The position numbers were made by a program, and so were the translations under genes. A stretch of DNA of 48,750 nucleotides from Folioceros fuciformis (taxonomy: Eukaryota). The notes below the pieces were generated by a model. It worked only from the letters and a program-made list of their open reading frames with translations, was not told where the DNA came from and did no database searches. The number at the start of each line of letters is the position of its first letter. Position 1 is the stretch's first letter. Where the stretch lies: NCBI GenBank assembly GCA_049999805.1, contig JBNGIO010005423.1, forward strand, positions 1 through 48,750, in the 5' to 3' direction. Below, piece after piece: positions 35,910 through 47,742 of the stretch.

Positions 35910-37020
35910 AATAGCATTGAATTTCACAACTTGACCTATATAGGCCGTAAGCTTTATGGTGACACCGGCACCCAAAGTCCAAGCAAGGAGACATTATGGG
36001 CAAGCGTTGCAGGCCCTCATGCTAGATTCCTCCATTGACAAGCAGGCTCGTGCACGCCTTTGATCTTGTTCAAGGAAGGGCGTTGGCTCTTGGCTGTTGG
36101 TCCATCCAGGCTTTCCGAATCGCACAAGCTTCTTTCACTACCGCGATGAGGTTCTGCCTAGGCTTGGTCCAGCCACTAAACTGGTCTCTCTCTTCTTGTA
36201 GCTATGGCGTCCCCCTCGACGACCCCAAGAGCCACCTGGTGCGTTGCCCTATTGGCAAGCAGCGCATCATCGCCCATAATGCAGTGAGGGAAGTTATGTT
36301 GTCTTTGGCCAAGGAGGGTGGCTTCTTCCTCTACAAGGAACGCCCATATACCTTGCTAAACAGCGTCTCCCTCATTACAGACTTTTTCTTGACCAAGGAG
36401 GACCAGGTTTCTATAGCAGATGTGGTCAAAAACCCCACTCGGACAACCATCAGCAAGCATGTCATTATCAACCCCCCAGGTTGGGCGGCAGAAGGAAGTG
36501 CGACAAAGAAGACTTGCAAGTACAGGCCCATGCAGTAGAGTCACTTGTTCATCCCCCTTGCTATTGAAACGCATGGGACAATGGGTAAGGATTTTTCCAA
36601 GTTTTTGAAGACATGCACAAAGGCCCATCACATTAGCAGGAGCGGTGTAGGGCTTTCCTTATCTAGGGTGGTGGCATTTTTCCGGCAATGGGTTTCGATT
36701 GCGCTACAAAAGGCCTTGGCAAACGCGAATTTTCGGACAACATCAAGCGTGGTAGATGCAGCTTCAGTGGCCCCAGTGGTAAGTAGGCCGTACCTCATAC
36801 CTGAATGTGACATCTTAAGGGCGATAGAGAGTTACAAGCTAGACAGAAGAGGGGAATAGGCCCCCTTTCTTGGCTTTTCCCCATTGCGGGTTGTTCCCCT
36901 TGTCATGGGTTAGAAGGAACCTCCATTTGTTTTTTTTAATAAAGTCTTCATGTTCACAGCAAGGAGACAATGATGCCATAGTTCTTTTTGGGCTTACATG
37001 ATTTTTAAAAAAAATAAAAA
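35910..37020 (+). mobile_element. 3' fragment of an RLE-type (CRE-like) non-LTR retrotransposon
   Basis: SVAGPHA; degenerate CCHC (CSYG...HLVRC); AHNAV; D...DV...KKTCKY; FIPLAIETHG; WVSIALQKA; AATAAA at ~36938 and an A-rich tract at ~37007-37020. In-frame stop at 36536. Confidence 0.75.
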
Positions 37021-37555
37021 TATTAAGATATTACACCAATAATTTTAAAAAGAAACTTTAGTATTATATGCTTAAAACTGAGAAAGCCAATCCACCTCGT
37101 AAAAAGATGGAACAACATTTACAAGAGGCACCAGACCAACGGAGGGCAAGGGCGGGGGCCCATGGACCCCCTCGTCTAAACACAACCTACATAAGCATGT
37201 ACCACATGTACATCCGACGAAACCCAGGGACCACCACGGTTTGAAGACGGCGTGGGACATCTGCAACATGCATGATGTACGGTGTGTCCATCTCGAAGCT
37301 CGTCATGATGAGTGGGTGTAGGGCCATATGCCGATATTATTTTATTTAAATCCACACGGATTAATAATTAATGGCCTAGATGCGCCGTACCAGGATCACG
37401 GGCACAATATCTGTCGACATACATACGTACATATATGTGCGCGCGATTTCGATGTCCCTTTAACATCGGAGCTCTGGGGCCACACAAGTGAACCCTACGG
37501 TAGCACCAGCGAGAACTTCGAGATTCATGTTCTCAGCCAATCTGCAGCCCTGTGG

Positions 37556-38588
37556 ATGGCCGAACAAGTGGCTCCGCTCTGGAGAAGTGGTTCTTGTACC
37601 TGGAGCTGGGACAGGTGGCGTTACCTGTGTTGCTGTTGCTGCAGTGGCCGCGTCGCACCCAGAACCAGAGCACAAGGCAGAAGGAATGGTTACATGGTAC
37701 CTTTTTTCTCCAGGGTTGCCAGTCGTTGAGATGCCAGCCTTTCTTCCTCTCCAAGTAGCTTCCAGCCAGCCTTACCAGGAAGCACGAAGACTAGTCCGAC
37801 AATTTTGCCCCCTTTATGATCATGCTGTCACCGTAACCCTGGGGGTGGAAGCAGGTGATCGATGTATCATCGCCGGACGTTGCCAAAGAGTGCTCGAGAC
37901 TCTGGACCGGGATCTCGCAAACCGAGCCTAGATGACTGACTGCCGAGGAAGACATCCGCTATGGCGAGTCTAGAGCAGCATGAGAATGGCCTCCGTCAGT
38001 TCACGCTGGAGATTTCTCAGGTCCGGACTGAACGCAGGGGATTCGTAATACGGGCCTCGTTTGACATACCGAAAGCGTACCAGGAGCTGGAGGTAGTAGA
38101 GAAACAGAATCCCGTCTCCCGAACCTTCCCTGAAACGCCCAGCCTGTAGCCAAGGGAAGACTAGAACTCAGCCTTCATCCAGCCGCGCCGTTACTCACGC
38201 CACACGAGGGCCTGCGAAGAGGCAGGCTTCCATATCGGTGCCCACACCGCAGCATTCGCGAAGGTATGGAGTACCGCCCGGCAACCCGACGTGTGGGAGA
38301 ATCTGCTGGAGTTTCAGCTTGACGATATCGACATGCGAGGCAAGCACTTGCAGTTGCTCCCGTTCGCCTTCGGCAGGCGAGATTGCCCTGGAATCCACAT
38401 GGCTCTTGCTGTGGAGCAATTGCCATACTCGCTCTTGAGGGTGGTGCATAGTCTAGAATGAGCTTCGCCACAGTGTTGGGCATACCTTGAATTATTAAAT
38501 GGAGAAGAGGTTCGGCCGAACCTTGGCTCGCGGTAAGCCGGTCCTGGCTGATACTGTGCCTCGTGTTCCTCCACACCTTCATAAGTGA
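37556..38588 (+). pseudogene. CYP pseudogene (copy 3), inverted relative to the intact copies, middle exons missing
   Basis: Frameshifted exon-1 relic (WFLYL...PGLPV...VSSPDVAK, donor TTTCTCAG|GT at 38020), then LHPAAPLL, WENLLEF, DIDMRGKHLQLLPFAFGRRDCPGIH and PRVPPHLHK*. Confidence 0.85.
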
Positions 38589-38929
38589 AAATCATAAGGC
38601 GCAGGTGAAGACGTCGTTGCAGCAGAGCCAGAATGGGTAGCAGCACATCTGATGAGCGGTTCCTGTAGCTGATACCGAAGGCCATCTTCGGAAGCATTTC
38701 AGTTTAGCGAGTGAGCTGAGAACTTGAAGGAATTATGCGCACATTGTGCAGCACGCAGTGTGAAAGTTGTTCTCATCCTGGTATCAGGTAAACAAACAAA
38801 TCGACAAATGTGCACCGGTTTATGATCCTATTTCCATATTATTAACCGGAGCTGAACCCGCCGTTGATCAAGAAGACTGGTGTTCTGAGGTCAGTCCACC
38901 CATTGCTCAGCAGCCGGGGTGGCCTCAAT

Positions 38930-39400
38930 AACTGCCTACTTGTGGAGTAGACGCCATGATTCTTGGCAGCGGGGGCTTGCAAACGCGCGTCCCCTACCCA
39001 TTCAAAAACACAGTTGGACTCGTGAACAAGTTTCGCTCCTCTAAAACCTTGCCCAACTCCCAGCTCCTGGTAGACCCCATGGCCCTTAACTCAGATAAAC
39101 CACTGTCATAAAAGACAAATCTGTGCCAGCAATCATCGTGTCCTGCACGGCACGTTGCGAGAACGGTGTACATGGTGGAAGGGCGCACAGTGAGATTCCT
39201 GTGAGGAGGCCTAGCCGGGTCAGAGCCTTGATGACAAACAAGTCCACATGTGGTCCACCGTCTTGTCCAGCGAGGGACAGCAAGATATCCAAGTTGTTCC
39301 TGACTTCTTTATTATTTCTGGTGAGCCCAAGTTCATCGATGACCGGTGTCAGGAAGCGAAGAACACCTGTGTCATGTAGGAGTCAAATCCCTGTTGAAGT
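38930..39400 (-). pseudogene. CYP pseudogene fragment (H/I-helix region with intron)
   Basis: LDILLSLAGQDGGPHVDLFVIKAL, an intron ending GTGCAG, then DTMIAGTD; homologous to the exon 3/4 junction of the intact copies. Confidence 0.8.
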
Positions 39401-39766
39401 GTGCGCATTGTCTAGCCATAATTCGTAGTCTCATGATAGAAGCACAAGTATGGGATGACGTAAACCACTTGTAACAGAAACACAATTCCTCAATACACTT
39501 TGCTCTGACAACAACACTCTAACTTGCGGATTCATCATCGAAGTCTCGTTTGCTTCCCTGAGGGAAGCCGAAGCTTCTAGAACATTGGACCTGTTCAAAG
39601 ATGCCCAAAGTGGACACACAGGAGCCAAGGTTCGCCACCAGACCCTATCCTTCACATGTCGCTGTGTATGGCCAGTAAACTCACATTGCTGCGAGAACTG
39701 CCAAGCATCTGCTGTCCATCCTATCCTGACTCCCCTTCACAAAATTCTTCAGGTCCTTCCCATGAC

Positions 39767-40120
39767 TTACTCATTGCAGTGGGGAGGAAGGCGAGAAACA
39801 GGTACAGGCAGGACCGGCATGGCGCGAGATGCTTATCCCGAAGTGTTCCTCTATACGCACATGCAGTGCCTGATATTATGGTTAGGCCCAATCAAAGCTA
39901 TACACCAGCCTCGCCAGTCCGTCATGCACCGTAGTTAGCCCCGGCTGTATACTCCGGGCAGGCTCGTCCGCCACAGCCAACAGGAGCAACTGGAAATGAA
40001 GGTCTTGCTCCTTGATGTCGGTGTTGAGAAATCCGTCGGGCTAAAGCGCCAGCGGATTCTCCGCACGTCTAGATGTCGGGTGACCGACTGAAAATCCACG
40101 AGTTCGCGGAGGCGGTGGTC
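39767..40120 (-). pseudogene. CYP pseudogene fragment (C-terminal heme-binding region)
   Basis: ENPLAL..DGFLNTDIKEQDLHFQLL, LARLVYSFDWA, EEHFGIS and VPVSRLPPH..TAA; frameshifted. Confidence 0.8.
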
Positions 40121-40430
40121 ATGAGCGGGTGTGGACGCCAGCTAATTCACAGCGTCAATACTTGCACCTGGAACCAGTCACGGCACTGCTGGGAGAAGCC
40201 GGGTTGTCTTTAGTTGCAACCCGTGAGTAGAATAGGGAAAGTTTGGGTGCTGAGATTCTGCAACCAACCTCTTCTCCTACCAACCCCGCTAACGGTACCA
40301 CCCTCTGTAAAGCCTATGCCTACCACATCGTCCAGTTCCTGCCTTCAACCTCAGCACGCACAGCCTTGGATTTCGGACCTCTGATATCCCCCCCGCACCA
40401 CGGTGGTTCGATATGTCCTTCCACCATTAC

Positions 40431-40580
40431 ACTTTCCAGCTTACCTGTGTCGACAGTACTTGCTTACCAGCTTTCCACTGTGTGGAACGTACTTACTTTC
40501 CAACTTACCTGTGTCGACTGTACTTGCTTACCAGATTTCCACTGTGTGGAGCGTACTTGCTTTCCAGCTTTCCTGTCTGG
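40431..40580. repeat. ~2.3 x 64-bp tandem repeat in the FBPase 3' flank
   Basis: ACTTTCCA(G/A)CTTACCTGTGTCGAC...GTACTT units start at 40431, 40495 and ~40559. Confidence 0.8.
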
Positions 40581-40656
40581 CATGCACTTGTCTTTTAACA
40601 GTTTTCACTACTGTAACAAGGCCACTTGGTACAAAATTTGTCACAGGAAGATGGAG

Positions 40657-42319
40657 TCACACACTGTATCCTGGATTCACCAGTTGCTGGATGTCCTGGT
40701 AGCTCTCCAGCTCTGCAACATCCTCAAAACTCCCAAGAAACAGAGGGAGCCTCTGATGAAGCTTTTCTGGCTCAATGTTCAGAATCCGCCTCTTTCCATC
40801 CGATCCGCTCCCGCCAGCTTGCTCGGTAAGAAAACTCAAGGGATTAGCCTCGTACACCAGCCGAAGATGGCTCCGGGGATTCATGGCGATGCCCCCATAC
40901 AACAGCGTTCGATGCAAGTCGGCGACTAAGGAACATATGTAGCGTGCAGAGTACTTCCTGGGGTTCTGCCCTTTCCCCTGCCGAATGTCATCGATATACT
41001 GCTGCAAGCCTTTGGGCCAGTCGAAATACCTCGCGTCGTTAACAGAGTATATTTGACCTGCAACGGCCAATCCGGATTCAGACCTTCGGTTGTTCGGTGA
41101 TCACTCTCAAAGGGCCCTCTCCAGACGGTGGTAGTAGACTCACCTCGTTTTGGCACGTTGATGTTCGGGTGTGTCAGAACAAAGTCTCCGAAAGCTGGAT
41201 CCAAGGTCAACCCACACGTACCAGAGCCTACCGAGATGACTAGCATGGTGGCGGAAGAGTACAAGGCATAACCAGCAGCCACAAGGTTCTCCCCTCTCTG
41301 CAGCACGTTGGCAGCCGCCCTCTGGTCCACAGGGAGCGAAACAGACTCTTCCAGACACCTGTAGATGCCGAAGATTGTGCCCGTTGGGATGGAAGCATCT
41401 ATGTTGCGGGATCCATCCAGAGGGTCGAAAACCACCACATAAGGCCTGTTGTCCCCGAACCATGCTGGAAAGTCGTCTTCCTCTGAAGCTACGGCCGCCA
41501 CCTTGCCTGAACTTTTGAGGGCCGCTTTCAGAATATCATTCTGCATTGCCAACATGGAGCCAGTACGTCAGCTGTTGTAGTCATCCAGACTTCTGGCTCG
41601 TAGGTGACCTCCACCTGCAGCAATGAGAAGTGCTTCTCAGATCCCCACACAAGCTTTGAAGCTCTCCCATGACAGCCTAATGGAAACTGGGCAATGGATG
41701 CGACACGAAGCAATGGCTGTAGCCGAGATTACAAGAAGTCGAATCCAGTCTGACAACCTATTAGGGTTACAGCATCTCAGCGCAGTTATACTACAACATG
41801 ACATCAAGCACGTAAAAGCTGATGCTCAACTCGGTGACAGATCTGGATTGCAGTAGTGGCTACACGGGGACCGTGGGAATCACTTACCGAAACAATGTCG
41901 AGGGGCTTGGGAGCATCTCTGCCAGCTGCAACCGACCCCACAGCATCGGGCACCGCAGGAATGTGTGAGGGAGAGGCGAGGAGGGCCGCAATGCGCTTGC
42001 AGGCGCAGGCAACCTGTTCGAGAACTATCTTCAGCGCGTCGTCTACATTCTCCTGCTGCCCAAGATAGCTGAGCAGAGTAACAGGAGAGGCCATGCCTTC
42101 CACAGTTACTGCTACTGGTACTACTCCCGGCGGTGCAGCCATACATAGAGGAACCTCAGCTGAAGACAAGGACACAGGTGGAGCTTGAGCGGCCCACGAG
42201 GCGCGGGGGAGCGAGGAAGAAAATGGCCAGTAGAACGCTGGCGTGCGGGGTGTGGTTGGCGTGGCAAGAGAATAAGGTGATAACGCACGGCACCCAAAAT
42301 GGCAGCCCAAGGAATGCAT
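40657..42319 (-). CDS. Plastid fructose-1,6-bisphosphatase II (cpFBPaseII), 409 aa, 3 exons
   Basis: Exons 42319-41888, 41540-41144, 41057-40657 (1230 nt). Ser/Pro-rich transit-like N-terminus, GRDAPKPLDIVSN, DPLDGSRNIDASIPTGTIFGIY, YSARYICSLVADLHRTLLYGG, HQRLPLFLGS; lacks the multi-Cys regulatory loop of cpFBPaseI. Confidence 0.93.
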
Positions 42320-43180
42320 GGTGAGACTACTGGACAACGAATCGCCCTACTCTGCCCCTGTAACAAGCTCCCGAGACGCTTGCGGTTGACAGGAATGCTC
42401 CTTCACCGGCCTTTAGCAATGATAGGACCACCGAGAGCCTGCGAAGGCAGGGCCCAATGTCTGCGAAACAGTACATACTTGGACTCGACTATGACGAACT
42501 TGGACAGTTGGACGCCGTGTCCATGTCCAGTCAGAATAGGATATTGAATGGAATTTAGAATTGAATTTCAGATATTTTGCCGGTCGGAAAGAGCCCTGCA
42601 GGGTACAAGAACGTTGTCTAGGTAACACCGTGATCAGCCATGATCCAGCAGGATGCCGTGCGACTGTGCTTCGGACAAGTCTTAATCCCGGTCAAGTAGA
42701 CGTGTCTGCCAGGTGGCGCTGTACATGTGGTGTCGTGACCCTCGGCACTACCTTGGAGAGTGAGCCACCTGCAAATAGGAAGGCAGGCTGATTCCAAACT
42801 CCATCAGAGTCCGCTCTGTCGTGTCCTGGTTAAAATATGGGTGGACAGTGGGGATAATCGTGGAATCTCACCGTCCTTACCTCTTCTCATTGTGCTGTTG
42901 GCAGCGAACCCTGTTTGACCGCAGCAGTGTTTGGGCACTGCTAGCCCAGCATTTAGTCTGAACGGGAACGCTGCTCATTTCCTCGCAGTTCTCCATAGGC
43001 GTATATTGGACGGGTGAATTGGGCTCCAAACCAAATCACCTTGGGGAGGTCCTGCCAACAGTCAATGCTTTCCTGCTCTCGAGGGGTGATTTAGTAGCAG
43101 CGGAATCCATACCTCTGCCTGCCATTGTGTAGCGTTTACAGATCGTCTCCAATTGGAACAAACCTGCCTGAGCTACAAGG

Positions 43181-44665
43181 ATGTCTGGACCTCAGGGGCT
43201 GGTAGTAGTGGTTGGTGGTTCAGGTTATCTTGGTCTTCATATCCTTCAGCACTTCTCTGCAAACTCCAATTGTCATCTGGCCTACACATTCCACGACCAT
43301 ACGCCATCTTCTTTCCTTCAAAGCATTCTAGGTCGGGCTCATGCCTTCCAGGTTGATGTTGCTACTGGAAAGGGTTTGGAGGCCATCTCAGAGATGTTGG
43401 GACCAGTGAGTGCCTATTCTGGAACTATCTACCCCACCTCCTTGGCGTTTTGCAGAGTTTGCGGCTTTGGTTGCTTGGCTTCCCATTGAGTACGCCGAAG
43501 TTTTGTGATAGTTGCTAACATGCCCTGCTGTGGTCAGCCATCTGTTGTTATAAACTGTGCAGCCATGTCAATACCTCGGGATTGTGAAGAGAATCCTGAA
43601 AAAGCCAGAGCCATCAATCTCCCTAGGTTTCTTGTGCATTGGTTAACTTCCTTCGGTTATTTCAAACCCTTTCTCATCCATCTTTCAACAGATCAAGGTT
43701 TTTACCCCTGCTATCACCCCTTTCTACGAGCAACTGTGTAGGTGTACCCCTTGAGATGGTTTCAGTGCTAATAGCTTGGATTTCTTGTACAGTTTATGAA
43801 GGTACCCGGAGATTCTACACCGAGGAAGATGAAACCAACCCTGTGAACGTATATGGGCAAACGAAAGTTGAGGCTGAGAAGTTTATCCAAGCAACTTGGC
43901 CCAATTATGCCATCCTGAGAAGCAGTATCATATACGGACCCAACCCCGTCGTGCAGGTCGAACGAGCACTGCCGGTTCAGGTGTGTATGAATGTTCATGT
44001 TTGCAATCATCCTATCCTTCAAGTAGCAGCAGCGTAGGTAGCAGACAAGTCCATTATGGGAAGGGGCTCGGTTGAGAAGTTTGAATCCTACCACGGTTGG
44101 AAATGCAGTGGATCGACAGCGTGCTAGCAGCTGGTGAGGAAACCGATTTCTTCATTGACCAGTACAGATGTCCCATCTTCGTGAAAGACGTGGTACACGT
44201 GGTGGAGCTTCTAATCACCAACATGTCTCCTGGTTCGATTGTGGTCTTGGCCCCTCTTAGCAAAAATGTTGCTGTTTTGCGACTGACTATCGGGAGTCCT
44301 GGCTGATACTCGGGTCTGATTGGAAGTGCAGGAGGCGAGCCCGTCCAGCTCCTGCTGAACTTGGGTGGGGGTGAGCGGCTGTCACGAGCTAGAATGGCGG
44401 AAATCGTAGCACAAGTTAGAGGGCGTAACATCTCTCTAATCAATCGGGCAACATCCACGGTGCGCTAACTTTGCCGTAAGATGTAGTTTGTGTCAGATGT
44501 TGGGAAACTAAAATCCGTGTCTTTGTACAGGCCATCCGAGGCGTTAGAAGCCCTGCAGATATTTCCATGGATATCTCGAAGTTGGAGTCGCTTTTTGGGT
44601 TCAAGCCGACAAAGTTCGCAGACGGGGTTCGACAGACGTTTGACTACACAGCGTCCATACGATAA
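43181..44665 (+). CDS. RmlD/dTDP-4-dehydrorhamnose-reductase-like (MAT2B-like) NAD(P)-binding protein, 319 aa, 6 exons
   Basis: Exons 43181-43405, 43538-43697, 43793-43980, 44109-44232, 44332-44459, 44531-44665 (960 nt). GGSGYLG, VINCAA, HLSTDQVYEG, YGQTK, LRSSIIYGP, SPADISMD. Confidence 0.9.
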
Positions 44666-44857
44666 CTGATCTTCTATTTACGCTTCCAGTGGATTTCGGG
44701 TGATCCACATGATTTTCGGGTGTGACGGACAGTGTGAGACACTTGGGTGTAGAAATGTACATAAATAGTGTATGAAGGTACAGGCCCTTACACTACGTGG
44801 CTACAAGATTTCTGACATTCTCTGCACAACAAGATGCTCAACATGATGTTGTCTATC

Positions 44858-47742
44858 CTAATACCGCCCAAAGGTGGAGGAGTTGGGCCTCCTTACACGA
44901 AACTCAGCAGCCGAACGTTCTTCTGCAAGCTGAGATCTTCTTATACCCCAGAAGGCTTTCGGTTGGCTGCCTTCCTTCACCGCTCGGAAGTACCAACCCA
45001 TGTGCAGCTCACAATGCACACAGTGTGCGATGGTCCAGGAATAGCTGCACAGTCCGACGAAAAGAGTTGGACACAACTGACAGTCACTAATTTTCCACCA
45101 CACTTCCGCGTAGCACAACTCGGGGGGAGAAGCAGCCAACCTACCCAGGGAACCAACTATGTGCAGTCTCTGGACGCCCATCGAGTACCAGCCCCCGTGC
45201 TCGCGTGAGGGTTAACGCTTCAAAGATATAACCATGCTCATTGACAAAGGCGCTAACCGGGCCTTCTGCGGACATGACTAGCATGTCACTCCTTTTCGCA
45301 ATAACCGCCTGCAAAAAACACTCATACTCTGTTAGAGTATGTCCAGCATGAACTACGGCACGACTGCAGGTGGGAACTTCATCATACTCACACCGCAGCT
45401 CTTACAACAAAGGCGCTCCAAAGTCTCTAGTATTTGAATTTCCATCTTAAGGCGGTACGCAACCCCATTCGTTTCCAGCAGTTCTTGCTTGGTGGAGTCT
45501 TGGACAGGTAAGTTGCTAGCAATGTAGTAGGACACCATTTCTGGGCTCCTATTGGCATCGCACATCAAGGGCTGATCTATCATCTGCCGCCACATATCTG
45601 CAGGACCATCACCTCCAAGTTAGCACGCACATGCAAAATCTTCCAAGCTGAACCAGCTAGAATGATGTCCTCCGTAGAAAAACATCTTGCAGCCTACAGT
45701 CGTGAGGAGGATGTCATAATCTCACATTGCAGGAGAAGTTTGCATCCATACCAGTGGCTCGACGAGCAAGATCATAGGCATCATACATCCTATACACCCA
45801 ATGGGGCCAAGCTGAAAGTTGAGCCCTGCGTCTCCACCGTATTTCATCTGCAGCCCATGCTTTGCATGCTCCTCCCCAACCTTCATATCTGCCACGCTTT
45901 CTTTGCTTGGCCTCTCTGGCATCACAATAGAGATCAGAACTCTCATCTTCTTGTTCATTTCTGAGTTGTCCTGGTCCAACTTCCTCCAACACGTCCGAAG
46001 CTAGCACCATCCTTAGGAGCCTTCTATTATCATCACTTTCCTCTTCACTTGATTCATCTTCACCGTCTGACAAGGATTTACTATCTACAGATCGGGTACC
46101 TACTGACCTTGGATCTTCTGCTTGCATAGTCACGTGGGAGTCACCGTCATCCATCTCACCTTTGTCACTGTCCACATCATCTGAGACAGTACTCTGAGCA
46201 CGTACAACCTTCCCACTTTCATAATTTGGGACACATGCCAAGCGTCCGAAGGCCTCTCTGGGAATATGGAGCACCTTATCCTCCTCAATGATTCGCACTT
46301 CAGCATAAGGCTGTGCCAGACGGGATAAGAGCTAGATAAGCAACACTATTCAAATTTCGTCGAGTCAAATTATTCTTGCCCATCAACGCAGCTTTAAGTT
46401 GCACAGTAGGATAGTAACTCACAGTCCCTTCTACATCTGTCCAGGTTTTGCCGACTGTAAACCGCTGACGGCCGCGAGTAATGACATTCATAGATCCATC
46501 GCTAAAGGATCTCACTTTGCGAATCTGGAGGGCAAGTCAAGTAAGAAAGTAGGAACCTGACCTCAAATAGAATCCCTCTACTCTATGAAGAAATTCATTT
46601 AACATAGAGGTGAAAAACGAGGCAACTTTTGAACACCTCAGCTGTTGTCCCGACTGATGCCAAACGCCCTCCCCCATCGTGGTTCCGTCCAACATGTACC
46701 TGCACAACACCATAAAATAATTTTTGGAGGAACCTACAACCAGAAGAACAAGCCAACTCTGAACCCCCTCTTTTCCACCAACTAGATAAGTGTGTAAATG
46801 GCTTGCAACACTTAAAAATCCTTTTTGGAGGACTTCCTCCCAGACTTTCAGACTTACCACACCTAAGGTAGACGGGGCAATGGTTTGGTGCAAGGCGTGA
46901 TAGACAGCCGCTTTTAGTCGAGGCTGCAGCACCCTCAACGGCAAGGTGTCTTCAGGGAACAGCACAATTCCTAAACATCCCATATGCCAAATGGGTCAAC
47001 CAAGGTGGGTTCATTGTGTGTGCACATACCTAGCAATAACAAAGGTAGCAGGCTTACCTTCCAGAAAAAACATCGGCAAAGTCAGCAAGGCGCCTCCATC
47101 ATTATACTGGCGACCACACCCACCGGTAACGTCGTCAACATCTGCAACAGTTGAAACAGCTTCAGCTGTCCGACAGCCAAAAACAAACGAACGGTGCATA
47201 AGAGCCCACACAGTTCATACCACCAAGATAGGTATGCCTCGAAACGAGACAAGAGAGTTCTGTATGAAAAGTGAGGCGACCCCGTGGTCCAGCTCCACCG
47301 TCACCACGTCCTTCAAGACTGACAACCAAAAAAACGCAGAGTTAAGGCAACCTCGAAACGACAAAAATACATCCACAAGGCCTTCAGCCACTGAATCTAG
47401 CAGCAATTCCACCAGGTTGAGACTTGGGCAGACAGCCGGATGGAGGGATATGCTGACTACGCAAGAGTTGGTGAACAACAGCAGTTGTAGAGGTGATTTA
47501 AAAAAAACAAGTCCAGCGAGAATGCAGCACCTTGAATCATCGCTACGATCAGCCTCGAGATCCGATCCCACTTCTTCTACTTCCAGCTCCTCAGAGTCCA
47601 GCTCCCGCACCCGCTGCATGTGAAGCCGCTCGGAGTGTGACAACTGAACCCCTGTAGCATCCTCCCCTGCCCCACCGCCGCCTAATGGTGCAACCAATTC
47701 ATCCTCGTGCAGCAAACGAGCATCGGCTTCGGCATGCTCCAT
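44858..47742 (-). CDS. CRBN: Cereblon-like protein (LON-N plus CULT domains), 595 aa, 10 exons
   Basis: Exons 47742-47531, 47318-47221, 47141-47058, 46970-46858, 46699-46637, 46524-46423, 46310-45752, 45597-45392, 45308-45145, 45044-44858 (1788 nt). HTYLG, GIVLFPEDTLPLRV, GRQRF, CKSC...HSWFPGYSWTIAHCVHC..HMGWYF, FWGIRRS. Confidence 0.9.
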
